Of a DNA stretch of 64,000 nucleotides, positions 40,001 to 50,200 are shown one piece after another. The DNA lies in the NCBI GenBank assembly GCA_000934665.2, contig KZ537997.1, forward strand, positions 1-64,000, in the 5' to 3' direction. The DNA is from Catajapyx aquilonaris. Taxonomy: Eukaryota. Position numbers and translations under genes: made by a program. Below the pieces are notes generated by a model. The model was not told where the DNA came from. It saw only the letters and a program-made list of their open reading frames with translations, and searched no databases. Position 1 is the first letter of the stretch. The number at the start of each line of letters is the position of its first letter.

Positions 40001-40981
40001 CAAACTGAGTTTCACTCTTTCATCCAATATTACTAGGAACAACTCCCACTGAAAGTTAGTGATTCACAGAGCAAAATCAATCCTTGGGGCTCAGTTGTTT
40101 TCCAGATTACATTACATAATTATGTGGTTATGGTAATATTGTTTCATACAAATATTTCAATTTAAGGTGTGACAAGAAAATGTACATTCCTCTTACAGTG
40201 TTGTGCAAGATGCTAAATGTTACACCTGCTTGGTAGCTTGCTCGTGTTTACTGGTGTAGCAGCTAAAGGCACCTTTGAACAGGCCCGATCCATATGAACC
40301 AACAACTAACGCATTTCTTCCCCTTGATTAGAGCTGCAGTAGCGGAATTGCAACTTTGGCTTATTCCCATTCTCGCTTGTCAGTTGAGGGCAAGGAGTTC
40401 ACAAGGAAAAATTTAGTACTGTGGGATTTATTCTCCCTAAGTTTTTCTGTCACTCCCTCTTCCACTGCTTCCTAATAGAATTACTGCTGCCTTTAAACTG
40501 GTAAAATGCTTAACTTGTGCAGGTTAGCATTACTTAGATGGGCGGGAGGGGAGATGCAATACTGAGTAAGAAATTTGTTCATGCCATACACAGAAAGACT
40601 GCTTGTTATCAAATAACCTGCAATTAAAAAGAAATTTTCAAATACTGAAGATATAATACAAAGGTTGAAGCTTTGAAATGCTGTGTTTCTGCACATGTGT
40701 AATGATAATTTTTCTTTTCAGGGAAGACATACTTCTTTAAGGGAAAGGTATTTTGGCGCTTTGATGACATGAGGATGCGAGTGGAGAGCAAAACCCCATC
40801 CCTCTCCGCCCCATTTTGGATGGGCTGCCCCACCAAGATAACAGGAGAGGAGAGGATGCAAGGTGACCCTATCCCAGAGCAGCCTCCAGTTCCATCATCG
40901 GCCTCAATAGCTGACAGTTTTGTGGCTCTTCTGGTGATAATCTTAGTGCTGCCAATTTGGAGGAAGAATGTTACATGCTGA
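18995..40981 (+). CDS. Mmp2: Membrane-anchored matrix metalloproteinase, insect Mmp2-like, 560 aa; whole gene span
   Basis: Exons 18995-19093, 30768-30869, 31084-31250, 37511-37654, 37776-37915, 38204-38571, 39173-39314, 39376-39636, 40722-40981; phases consistent. Signal peptide, PRCGLPD cysteine switch, RSKR furin site, [11 protein letters not shown] zinc motif, ALM Met-turn, Pro-rich hinge, hemopexin repeats, hydrophobic C-terminal tail. Confidence 0.92.
30768..30869 (+). CDS. Mmp2: Mmp2 exon 2 (prodomain)
   Basis: [34 protein letters not shown]; ttttcag| and CAG|GTATAC. Confidence 0.93.
31084..31250 (+). CDS. Mmp2: Mmp2 exon 3 (cysteine switch, furin site)
   Basis: PRCGLPD...[27 protein letters not shown]. 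Confidence 0.95.
33560..34920 (-). mobile_element. Heavily decayed non-LTR retrotransposon RT, L1/Tx1-like, in Mmp2 intron 3
   Basis: Minus-strand fragments in correct RT order despite frameshifts: [16 protein letters not shown] (about 34070-34093), [23 protein letters not shown] (about 33932-33986), YLGV (about 33581-33592). No intact YADD seen. Confidence 0.55.
37511..37654 (+). CDS. Mmp2: Mmp2 exon 4 (catalytic)
   Basis: [22 protein letters not shown]...[15 protein letters not shown]. Confidence 0.93.
37776..37915 (+). CDS. Mmp2: Mmp2 exon 5 (catalytic)
   Basis: [36 protein letters not shown]. Confidence 0.95.
38204..38571 (+). CDS. Mmp2: Mmp2 exon 6 (zinc site, hinge, start of hemopexin domain)
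   Basis: [15 protein letters not shown]...[28 protein letters not shown]. Confidence 0.95.
39173..39314 (+). CDS. Mmp2: Mmp2 exon 7 (hemopexin)
   Basis: [26 protein letters not shown]...VDAVYER...IVFFI. Confidence 0.93.
39376..39636 (+). CDS. Mmp2: Mmp2 exon 8 (hemopexin)
   Basis: QYFWVF...[20 protein letters not shown]...[12 protein letters not shown]. Confidence 0.93.
40722..40981 (+). CDS. Mmp2: Mmp2 exon 9 (end of hemopexin domain, membrane anchor, stop)
   Basis: [15 protein letters not shown]...FWMGC...[21 protein letters not shown]. Confidence 0.92.
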
Positions 40982-41759
40982 CTGGGGACACATTAGTGCA
41001 ATTGTTCCGGCAACCATTTTAAACACAAATAGAAGGAGTTGATGCTGCAGTTATTTACGACACGGTTGAATGAGATGCACTCGACCATAATTACCATCTA
41101 CTGCAGCTACTGCATTTTTTTTTTTTACATTGGTATTTATTTTTGTGTGTGTTGCTTTGTATGCCTCTTACCAGATATTCCTCAGCATCACTTATTTATT
41201 TTGGTAATAACTATGCCCAGTGTTTGAAATTATTATGTAGGATATGTTATGCAATCAGGTGGCATAGAATGATTTTTACTCTCCTGTATTGGAACAATTT
41301 ATTGTATATCTTGTAATTTTAGTATTTTGCCTACTCTGCACCAGCTGTCATAGGACTTGTCTTTTTAAAGAGGAAACTAGGAAAACCCTCGCATTTTCCT
41401 AGGGCGCAGGCCTAGAAAACCACTCGCTTCGCTCGCTCTTTTCTAGGCCTGTGGCCTGGGGCACCTATTCGGCGCACCATATCGCCGGGGGAGGGTGTAA
41501 CATTAGGCCTCCGGCAGTCTTCGAACGGCCTGATTAGTGAGAAGTGAGAACATAATTATCTGTCCTGTGTGTGTCTTTCTGTAAAGGGAACTGTCTCTGT
41601 AAACAACTTCACGGTAGTACCAACTGGGCAACAATACAGAGAAGTAATGGACAGTTTCCCCAGCAACCCAACAGGGGAGTTGTTTACACCCCATGGCGCA
41701 TAAGTATAAAGCAGGCCAATGGGGAGGTGGCGGGTGGTAGAAAAGTGAGAGTGCGCCTT

Positions 41760-41916
41760 CCTTCGGAGGGGAAGTAAAGCCGTCGGTCCCGCGTGCTTGT
41801 GACTTTGCGCGAGTGCACGTTAAAGATCCCCAGAACTAAAAATTTCCGGGAGGAGGACCACCCCCTGGCGTCGGTGTTCGGCCTTAGAGGCAGAAATAGG
41901 CCGACGTTAAGCCCCA
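41760..41916 (+). mobile_element. SINE relic with a Deu/Nin-like conserved domain and tail
   Basis: CCTTCGGAGGGGAAGTAAAGCCGTCGGTCCC...GTGCACGTTAAAGATCCCCAG...AATTTCCGG...GACGTTAAGCCCCA resembles, from recall, Deu/Nin-domain SINEs including tick SINE tails. No tRNA head recognised. Confidence 0.6.
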
Positions 41917-42189
41917 CTGATCAGTGGTAACAATATGCGGCTGACCAATCAGAGGGCTTGGTCAAACACCGCAATGATTTTATTATGATAGATACACATT
42001 TTCCCCATTCTCTGTAAGTACTGTTGCAGGCAAAAATATGGGGATGATTTAGGTTCAGCGGCTCAATCAAGTTCAATGTGGAACTGGTGATGTCTCTTCT
42101 CTAATGTGAATATTCAGTAGCAAGTATCACAGTCTGCTCCGAGACAGTAGCATGGAATGGAGTCAGTGAGTGGATGAGTTCGTGAGGTT

Positions 42190-42700
42190 TTTTTTGGCGC
42201 AACAGTGGCAATGGGTATACTGCGCCAATCACCTGTGACGTTGTAGGGCAGGGCAGGCGATTCCACCCCAACCCCAATGTTAAATGAAGAAAAGGTTTTA
42301 GAGAGGAAATTAATTAATTACTTGAGCATTAATTACAGTTGCGACTATAAATTCCAATAGTGTAACAAGTGAAACAAAATGTTACAAGTATATATTTGAA
42401 ATGCAACTGTTATAGATCTAGCTGTACATATTGGCTCTTTTCAAAAAAGAGAAGAGAGCCAACATAACGATAGGGTCCGCAGAGTCGTACAGCAGACGAG
42501 GTCTTTCCACCCTCACTCATAGAGTAGAGCATGGAGTAGAGACATGACTGGTTTTACAATGAGCATGTTCACTCTCCTGGCATTGGCAAGTCCCATTCTT
42601 TTTGCTCACAACTGTATCTACAGTACTTTCATGCAACGAATTGTTATGAACTCTTTATAGAGGACAACTTGTGTGACGGCTAATGTGGGTGGGCAAAACG
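42190..42700 (-). mobile_element. Possible 3' end of an I-group LINE
   Basis: Minus strand reads CQCQESEHAHC...LALFSFLKRANM (CCHC-like C-terminus), followed by a TTGGCGCA...TTGCGCCAAAAAAAA stem-loop tail. Confidence 0.35.
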
Positions 42701-42821
42701 CAAGAACTCTTCTGGAAGCAATAGAGAGAATATAATTTTTGCTTACAACAAGCTAAGCTAGTGAATATGAGATTTTAAGAGCAGATATTCATCCAGTGAG
42801 ATATTAGCATAATATTATGCC

Positions 42822-43326
42822 CAGTGCTGGATTTACCCCCTCAGCCGCCCCTAGGCAGTTGAGATCCGCCCCCCCCCCCNCCCCCCCCCCCTCCCCTCCC
42901 CAATTCCGCTGAAAAATTCATTTTTTTTTTGTCGAGTTCTCTCCTTCATTTCATTTTATTTTATACAAATTTTATATTCCAACTCTTTAAACTTATGGCC
43001 GCCCCCCGGAGGGCGGCCACCCTTAGGCTTTTCTGCCTAGTGGCAAATCCGGCGATAAGAACCCCCCGACGAAATTTTTGGAATTTTTAAAATGGTTTCG
43101 CCTTTATTTCTTATTATTGTAGCCTATTTGAAAAATATTTATTGCAACTTGCGGCCCCCCTAGGCAATTTCCTACTCTGCCCAATGGTAAATCCGGCACT
43201 GCTTCCAGTCACGTAATTATTTATTATAAAGTTTTTGTTTACTTTTTTGTATGCCTAAATTTGCCGCCCCTTGAAATCTGCCGCCCTAGGCAACTCCTAG
43301 GTTGCCTTGCCGTAAATTCGGCGCTG
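42822..43326 (+). mobile_element. hAT-like MITE with 8-bp TSD ATTATGCC and three successive right ends
   Basis: CAGTGCTGGATTTAC left end; TSD at 42814-42821 and 43327-43334; right-end motifs finish near 43054, 43201 and 43326. Confidence 0.85.
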
Positions 43327-43502
43327 ATTATGCCTTGTTGAACCCACTTTAAAAAAAAATCCAAGGCATATTTTGGTGGGCCATATTGCTTGATTATTTA
43401 AAGATGATCCTTGATACCAGACAAGAAATGATCAAGGAGATCCTTAAGTAAAATATTAGAAAATCTTAGCAAAGTATTCCCATTATGCACGGCGCCGATT
43501 TC

Positions 43503-43570
43503 GATGGGTTCTCAACCTGTTTGCGTGGGTTTTCTCGGGGTTCTCCAATTTCCTCCCCCTACCAAAAAGC
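43503..43570 (+). mobile_element. SINE central-domain relic (V/Meta-domain-like)
   Basis: GTTCTC...TGCGTGGGTTTTCTCGGGGTTCTCCAATTTCCTCCCC resembles the recalled V/Meta SINE core TGCGTGGGTTTCCTCCGGGTGCTCCGGTTTCCTCCCAC. Confidence 0.5.
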
Positions 43571-46559
43571 CACTATACGATTGCCAGATAGCCTTAGTTA
43601 CTTTGGCATAACCAAGAAACAAACAACTTCATGCTCAGGACTGTACCTGCTGTCAAATACATGGCATATGACAACACCTTGTTTTTACGAGCTTCAGTTA
43701 TCAGTGTGGGTGCTCAGTGGGATTCAGATTAGATGGGTGGGGTGGATACACCTTTACAAGGAAAACAGAATCTGAGAAACTCATTGATTAAGCCATTTAT
43801 TAAGTACACCTTGAGTTAGAAACAAAATGCTTCAATCAATTATTTTACAAGTCCTGTCAATCAGTAGTAGAGTTGTTATTGTACACAGTAAAGTACATTA
43901 TTAATATTTTGCACCGTGTGCATTCTAGCATTCTCTGTTATTATTTCCAGAAGTCTCTTGTGACTGTTAATGGTGCTATGACTTCAGTCTCGGTGATTTG
44001 TGTCACGTACAAGTATGTTGTTTTATCAATGGGCTATTATAATTTTCTTATAAGTAGTATTTTAATTCATGGACAACAAGTAGGAATGTGAATCCAATGA
44101 GAACGCCGAAAATTTTACATGACAATGCACTACTAGTTATTGAAACAAATCAAGCTTATGCTTCACTACTGTATTTCTGTGATATGCTCCAAATACTGCG
44201 CCATTGCAATTCATCCAAATACATTGCCCAATGTCCAGTTGTCCATGTGTTCTTTTGGACCAGTATGTACAGTGCTTTTCACTGTCAGTGTACACTTTTG
44301 AACTGATGGAATGACATTGTTGGGAAGAGTGCAGCTTTGTTGTACTTAAGTCTCCAGTGTACTGCCGAGATCTCAGTGAATATTTATGAAGTAAGGAAAA
44401 TTATTGACCTTTTTTGTCCTGCAGTTTAATGTTTCTGAATTTCTGTGCATGAATGTGATTCAAGTGTGTTACGAATATAGATTACATTGCAATATTACCA
44501 ATGTGATAGACTTTTTTTCCCTACTGCAAACTGAAGTGAAGCTGATGTAGTAATTGTGCTATTTGTTATTAATAATTATCACTTTTTTATGTACTGTGTT
44601 TTGTCTTCATAGTCACCCTTTCCACTGGGGATAGGTTTCAAATCTTTCTATGTACAGTACGGTATTAGTATTTCTGCTTTTAATGCTGAATATTTGAAAC
44701 ATTAGTGATAGGTTCCTGGTTGAGGGTCATTAGGTTCTGAGGGTTTCTTTCCCTTTTGGTCAAGAACTGCAGTAGAGTAGAGTAGTGTATTACAACAGCT
44801 ACAGCATTTCAGAGAGGGCTGAAACTAATAATACGACACTGTCTAGTGTGCATATCTATAGATCCTGCCACAATGCACCATGAGTCCATGACGAACAAAA
44901 GCACCTATTGTGTGTTTCGACCATAGTTTGGACTCCCGTCAGGTGTTGCAGCTATGTGCTACTATGTACCAATTTTTTCACATTCTTGATCTTTTAGATA
45001 ATTTTGAAAAGCAGAAAAGGTTAGGTGAAAATTTTGTAAAAGTGACCAGGCTACCTGTACAGTACAGATAGTCAGATACTGTTGTTTTGTTGGCTGGCAA
45101 GGATTTAAAAAAGTACAATAATGTCAAGTGGTTCAAACAGAATCAGAAATTGGATTAAAATTTTCATACCCCTCAAGTGACATTATTGAAATTAATTTCA
45201 TCACAGAAAGTGGAAATGTGGACATGTCAAAATGGCCACATTTTGTTATGGGCCATCGACAGTGAATTCATACATTGCCTCTGTACTGAAGAGGAGGGAT
45301 TGGTGGATGGATGAGCTCAGAGTAGTCATCATAGTGTCAGTGCCAATCAGTAGTCAATTATGACATTATCAAAGTATCCAGAAAAGGTTTATTAATATTT
45401 GTGTGTGCAGCCTGCCTGGTGCGTATAGGGATGATCAAACAAACCCCCATGACGCCATGAGGCAGATGCACTTTAAAAAACGTCATTTATAAAGTTTTGA
45501 CTTGTCTTAATATTACGCCAATTGGTTACTATAGCCTATATAGTAACCATATAATTTTCTGGCAATGAATGACTGCAACATCAGCAACTTTTGTTGAGCA
45601 CTCTAGGTGAAGGCCCATTTTGCGTAACATTTTAATGCAACACTAATAATAATAATGCTTGCAAATAGATAGTTGCTCAAGTCAATGTAAAAACAGAAGC
45701 CAATTTACATGATTTATCGGTGAGAATTTTCTTGACTTTTTTTTACAGCAAGTGGTAAGTGGCTCTAACAACAATGCTTATACAAAGTCAGACTTTTTTT
45801 TGTTCTTGTTGCCTCTAAAGCTAAAAAAAAACTCCTAATTTATTAAAATTGGGAAAAAATTACTATTTTTTTGACACTGCACTGTAAAGTAACTACTAAT
45901 TGTGCAATTAGGAAAATTCTCGAGCCTTAATAACAGTTATTGGCGTTGCAACAAGTGTGCGACTCCAGCTCCCCGCATTTTCTCGCATCGCAAATTCGCG
46001 AGAGAGAGGCGAGAGAGAGGACACGACATCCTCGGGTACGTATTCTGGCGCATCACAACCCGGGAACCAAAAGTGGCTCCCAAGAGGTGTCCCAAAAGGG
46101 GGTGGCACCAAGGCCACCTCCGTCCCACTTCTGCCCACCTAGCGAGGAACTGTCAAAACATGCGCCTCGGAAACCGCAGCCGAAGCTTTGCCCTCCAAAC
46201 ACAGATGGCGAATATGACGTCTCCCCGTCATCACACCTACTTTTCTGACCTCCTCACACCACCATCTCGCCCCATTTTAAGCCCAATAATAGACCATCAG
46301 TGTTGGACAAAAATATCAAAAAATTTAGCCAACGTTGTAAAGTTAATGTTCCGTCAGTTAAATTATCAAATAGTGAGGTTGCGGCCGGTTGCGGCTATAT
46401 GCACCATTTTTGATCCGGTATTTTACGTTGTGGCAAGTTTTGTTGGTACACAATCGCACTGCTATTGTGTGTTTCTGCATAAATTGTAACTGTTGTCGTG
46501 TCCAAGTATCCAGTATGTTCATAATTAACACCAATTTCGCAGAACGCATCGTGGCCAAA

Positions 46560-46905
46560 TTGAAACTCCCGCGAAGTTCGGATTCAAAATGGCGCCTGCT
46601 ACACCAAACCCCGAAGATTAACATGGCCACGTCTAGTAGTGACGTAACCGCAGGGTGCTGTGGTGGGGAAGTGTGGGCGGATAGGGGAGGGGTGTAAGTG
46701 GGCTTGGCCTTCCTTGGGAGCCCTCGGATTGGCTGCCGGCAAGGGTGGCGCCACCACGCGTCCATCCAAGGTCGCCCCCGGCTCCCCTCCCGCCGACCAT
46801 GGGCGCCCAGTCTCCCAAGGAGCTTCCCTACATACGCGTCACCCCTTATCTTCCTCCTACCAGATAATATACGAGTGGTGGTCAAGCGCCCCTGGCTAGC
46901 CCTGA
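46560..46905 (+). promoter_or_regulatory. CpG/GC-rich promoter and 5' leader of spinster
   Basis: YY1-like CAAAATGGCGCC (46585-46596), CRE-like GTGACGTAA (46639-46647), GGGCGG box, inverted CCAAT (GATTGG, 46727), directly upstream of exon 1. Confidence 0.45.
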
Positions 46906-47278
46906 ATGCCAGCCCAGAAGCTGCCGGACCGACAACCGCTGCGACTCCTCAAGGTAGACGCGGCATCCCCAGCCAGCATGAGCGTGGTGGCAGTGGGCAG
47001 CGGAGGAAACCTCCCGCCTAATGCCTCGGCGCAGGGCCTCGTGGACCAGGCGGGTGGGGACGACGACTCGGACAGCAACGGCGGTGTGCCTGTGGCAGTC
47101 AGTATCGTCGGTATGGGAGGACGCCCCGGAGGGGACGCACCCGACGGGATACCGGTCAGGAACAGGCGGCTGACCGGCCCAACCGACATCGGAGGGGTCA
47201 CCCGGTGGGAGTGGGTCACGGTCCTCGTTCTCTTCTACGTTAACCTCATCAACTACATGGACAGGTTCACCGTCGCAG
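46906..47278 (+). CDS. spin: spin exon 1
   Basis: ...[29 protein letters not shown]; start uncertain (46906 or 46978). Confidence 0.85.
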
Positions 47279-50200
47279 GTACAGTACACTCTTGTCATAT
47301 ACGCCACGTGCTTATCGGCCCGGTTGTTTAAAATACCAAGAGTCAAGTAGGGCGCAGTCCAGTTCAATCAATGCCTCGTGACATATCAAGAGTGATAGCA
47401 GGTACAAACAGCCATGTTTACATCAACTGACCAGGATCCCATTTAACATTGTGATGCATTGAAATGCATGCCTTTGCTTGCCATCAATAATATTGAAGAC
47501 CTCAAGGTCCACCTCAGGTGAAACTTGAGATATTCCAATTTTAAATTTCGAAAGGCCCATAAGGTTTCATTGTAAATCCCACTTACGGATCCTTCCATAG
47601 TGACCTATGATCATTACTCCACAACCACGACCAAACCATCGTATGCGATATGTAACTCTTTTTTAACAAAAAGTGAACCTTGGTTGTTCTTAGATGCCAA
47701 GATATTGCATGCAATTCCTATACTGATGAGGCAAGAGAGACGTGATTTTTAGATAAAAATATGGAAATATGCAGGCCTTGAATTTTTTTGCTGTTACGAG
47801 TAATTAAAGTGTTGTAGCACATCACCTGATAGCAAGAATGACAAGTTAATCAGTGACTTTCATTTAATTCTGCAGGATTGCATAGTTGTGAAATGATGGT
47901 ATACACACTGCGTGTATTTACATAACAGTGGCTACACCCATACTTTGCATACATTCAGACAGCTCTCACATGCAGAATATTCATGCACGTATTGTGCCGA
48001 GACCTTCCTCACTTGACTACTGGTCCATTTTTAATTCCAAGTTCACAATGCCACTGCATACCAATCCCACTGAGAAATTGCCAGAAGTGGCCCACAAGTG
48101 CATCTAGAAACAAAAAAAAAAAAAAAGCTATGCAGTTAACTGGTGAAATAAAGAAAGTCAACATTTGTCCTACTTATGGCAAGGCCACTGTCTAAAAGTG
48201 TGCATCCAGGTTCACCGCCAATTAACAATTTCTGCCTATTTGATACTATGTGGTAACAGTATATGAACCCATTTCACAGTCTAGACGTGCTATGTACATA
48301 ATAATGTCACCGGTGTCAACAGTCTGCTGACAGGGGGAAGTTGCGCTCCATTGGAATGCAAGTTGAATGTATTGTGTTTCACACTGGAAGACATTGCCCT
48401 CCATAAGTGACCACAACAAACAGTAATTGCCTCACAGACCGGATGTCGAAAATTACCTTCACCAACAATTAGAGCCATATCTTCAAATGTAATCGGCCTG
48501 GAAATTACGGGCCGGAAGAATCAACCGATACCGTGACCAATGGTCAGTTTGTGATTGGAGATCCGGATGTTGCGAAAATATTCTGGTGATTGACATGGGA
48601 ATACCCTAGGTGTGAGAATGGGATTTTGTAATTCATGTGAGGATTTTTTTTTTTTCGGGGTCGCGGGAAGTGGTGGAGGATATACACGCGTGGCCTGTGA
48701 CGTCATCGTATGATCCGGCGGCCCACCAATCCTGGCCCAGACCACCTTTCGATTCATTCCACCCGGCCGGTTACTCATCAACAATCATGGTGATTATTGT
48801 TGTAATTGTGGTCAATCGGATCAGGGACTATTTAGTGATTCAAGGATGAGTAATGGCAAGTGCAGCTGCGGTTATTAATCCCAATTAAAATTTTTTTTTA
48901 AAGGGCCACGTGGGTTTAGGATGTTCACACGGGGATGCATTTGGTTAATGGTTCCCGCTCGTTAATTCTTATAATGCGGATAATCGATCACTTCGGATCT
49001 CATCAGCTGACATGCTAAGATGCGATAAGTGAGGGTCGGCACGAAGTCGCTGCTTAAAGAATCGGGTTATAAGCAACGTTTTGACTAACGTCAGTTGCGC
49101 ACAATTATGAGTCACGGAGATTAGGGTCAGGTATTAATATTTGGCATTCAAATGACGTTCAAGGCCACGGGTAATTGTGCAGTGCGATTCTTACGCAAAA
49201 AGGGACTGCATAAATTCTTGCTGCATATAACTATGCAAAAAGCTGGGGGAGATGCAGAAATGTAATTTTTGAGGTGTTCTTTCCGTATCGTATGATCAGT
49301 TCGTGTTTTCTCTCCCATGTTATTACGTAATCATTATAATTTGCGTGCAATTGCATGCTGGAAAAGTCTGTGAATATTGCGGATATATTGCAATGAGCAT
49401 AGTATCGGATACATTGATATTCGGTGTAATTTTCATTTCGGGGAGTCCCTGTAGGTGGACAGAACCGGATATTGCATGTGGGGGCTAATAACAGCAATTT
49501 GGAAACATGTAGTGAAAGCTCCTCGCGTGCCCAAATTTACATGCACTTGTACCCTAATATGCGTTGTACATTTTTGACGTACAGGTCAACAAGGCAGGTG
49601 CGATAACATGAGCAGCTGGGATTCGCTTATCTTGGCACCAATTTGTTATCGCAAATTTTCAGCGACGCAGCCTTAACTTGCGATTAAAAATAACGCCATT
49701 TACGACTTGTGATTAAAGCGGATTATTAATTTTAGTATGCAGAAATGGGGGGTGATGCGAGCCTCTTTACTACGTCTTTCCGTCACTGACCTTGCTCACA
49801 ATGTCAGTGTTAGGAATAATTAATCATGAGAAACGTGAAGGGTGAAAAATCGTGTGTTTTGGTGGGAACAAATTGCGTCATCCATTTATTTTCGTTAAAA
49901 ATGTCCCAAGTTTGTGTAATGGATGGGGTTGAATGGAACAATTGCCCCTTTGTGATGGATGTCAACATAGCTTGATGAAGCGCGTTTTTTGTGTGCAAAT
50001 TATTACGTAATTTTCACAAGGAAAGTCACCAGTTATTAATTTTTTTGTGGTCTCAGTGACGGAATTCCCGGGTTATTTACGACGTCAGTTATTAACGACA
50101 GGCCAATATTAAGATCACGGTGTTTACTGCCTGGATGCAAAGGGCTGCAGCTTGCCAGGTTACGTGAACCTGCATAAATAGACTGCGTATTCGCAATCAC

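Noticed and set aside
44905..44950. Hammerhead-ribozyme-like string on the minus strand (CTGACGG...GGTCGAAAC)
   Set aside because: The core deviates from CUGANGA and helices I and III cannot be paired convincingly; at most a decayed relic.
45902..46489. 195-aa ORF upstream of spinster
   Set aside because: Non-ATG start, no domain features, overlapping ORFs in several frames; typical of GC-rich promoter-proximal DNA.
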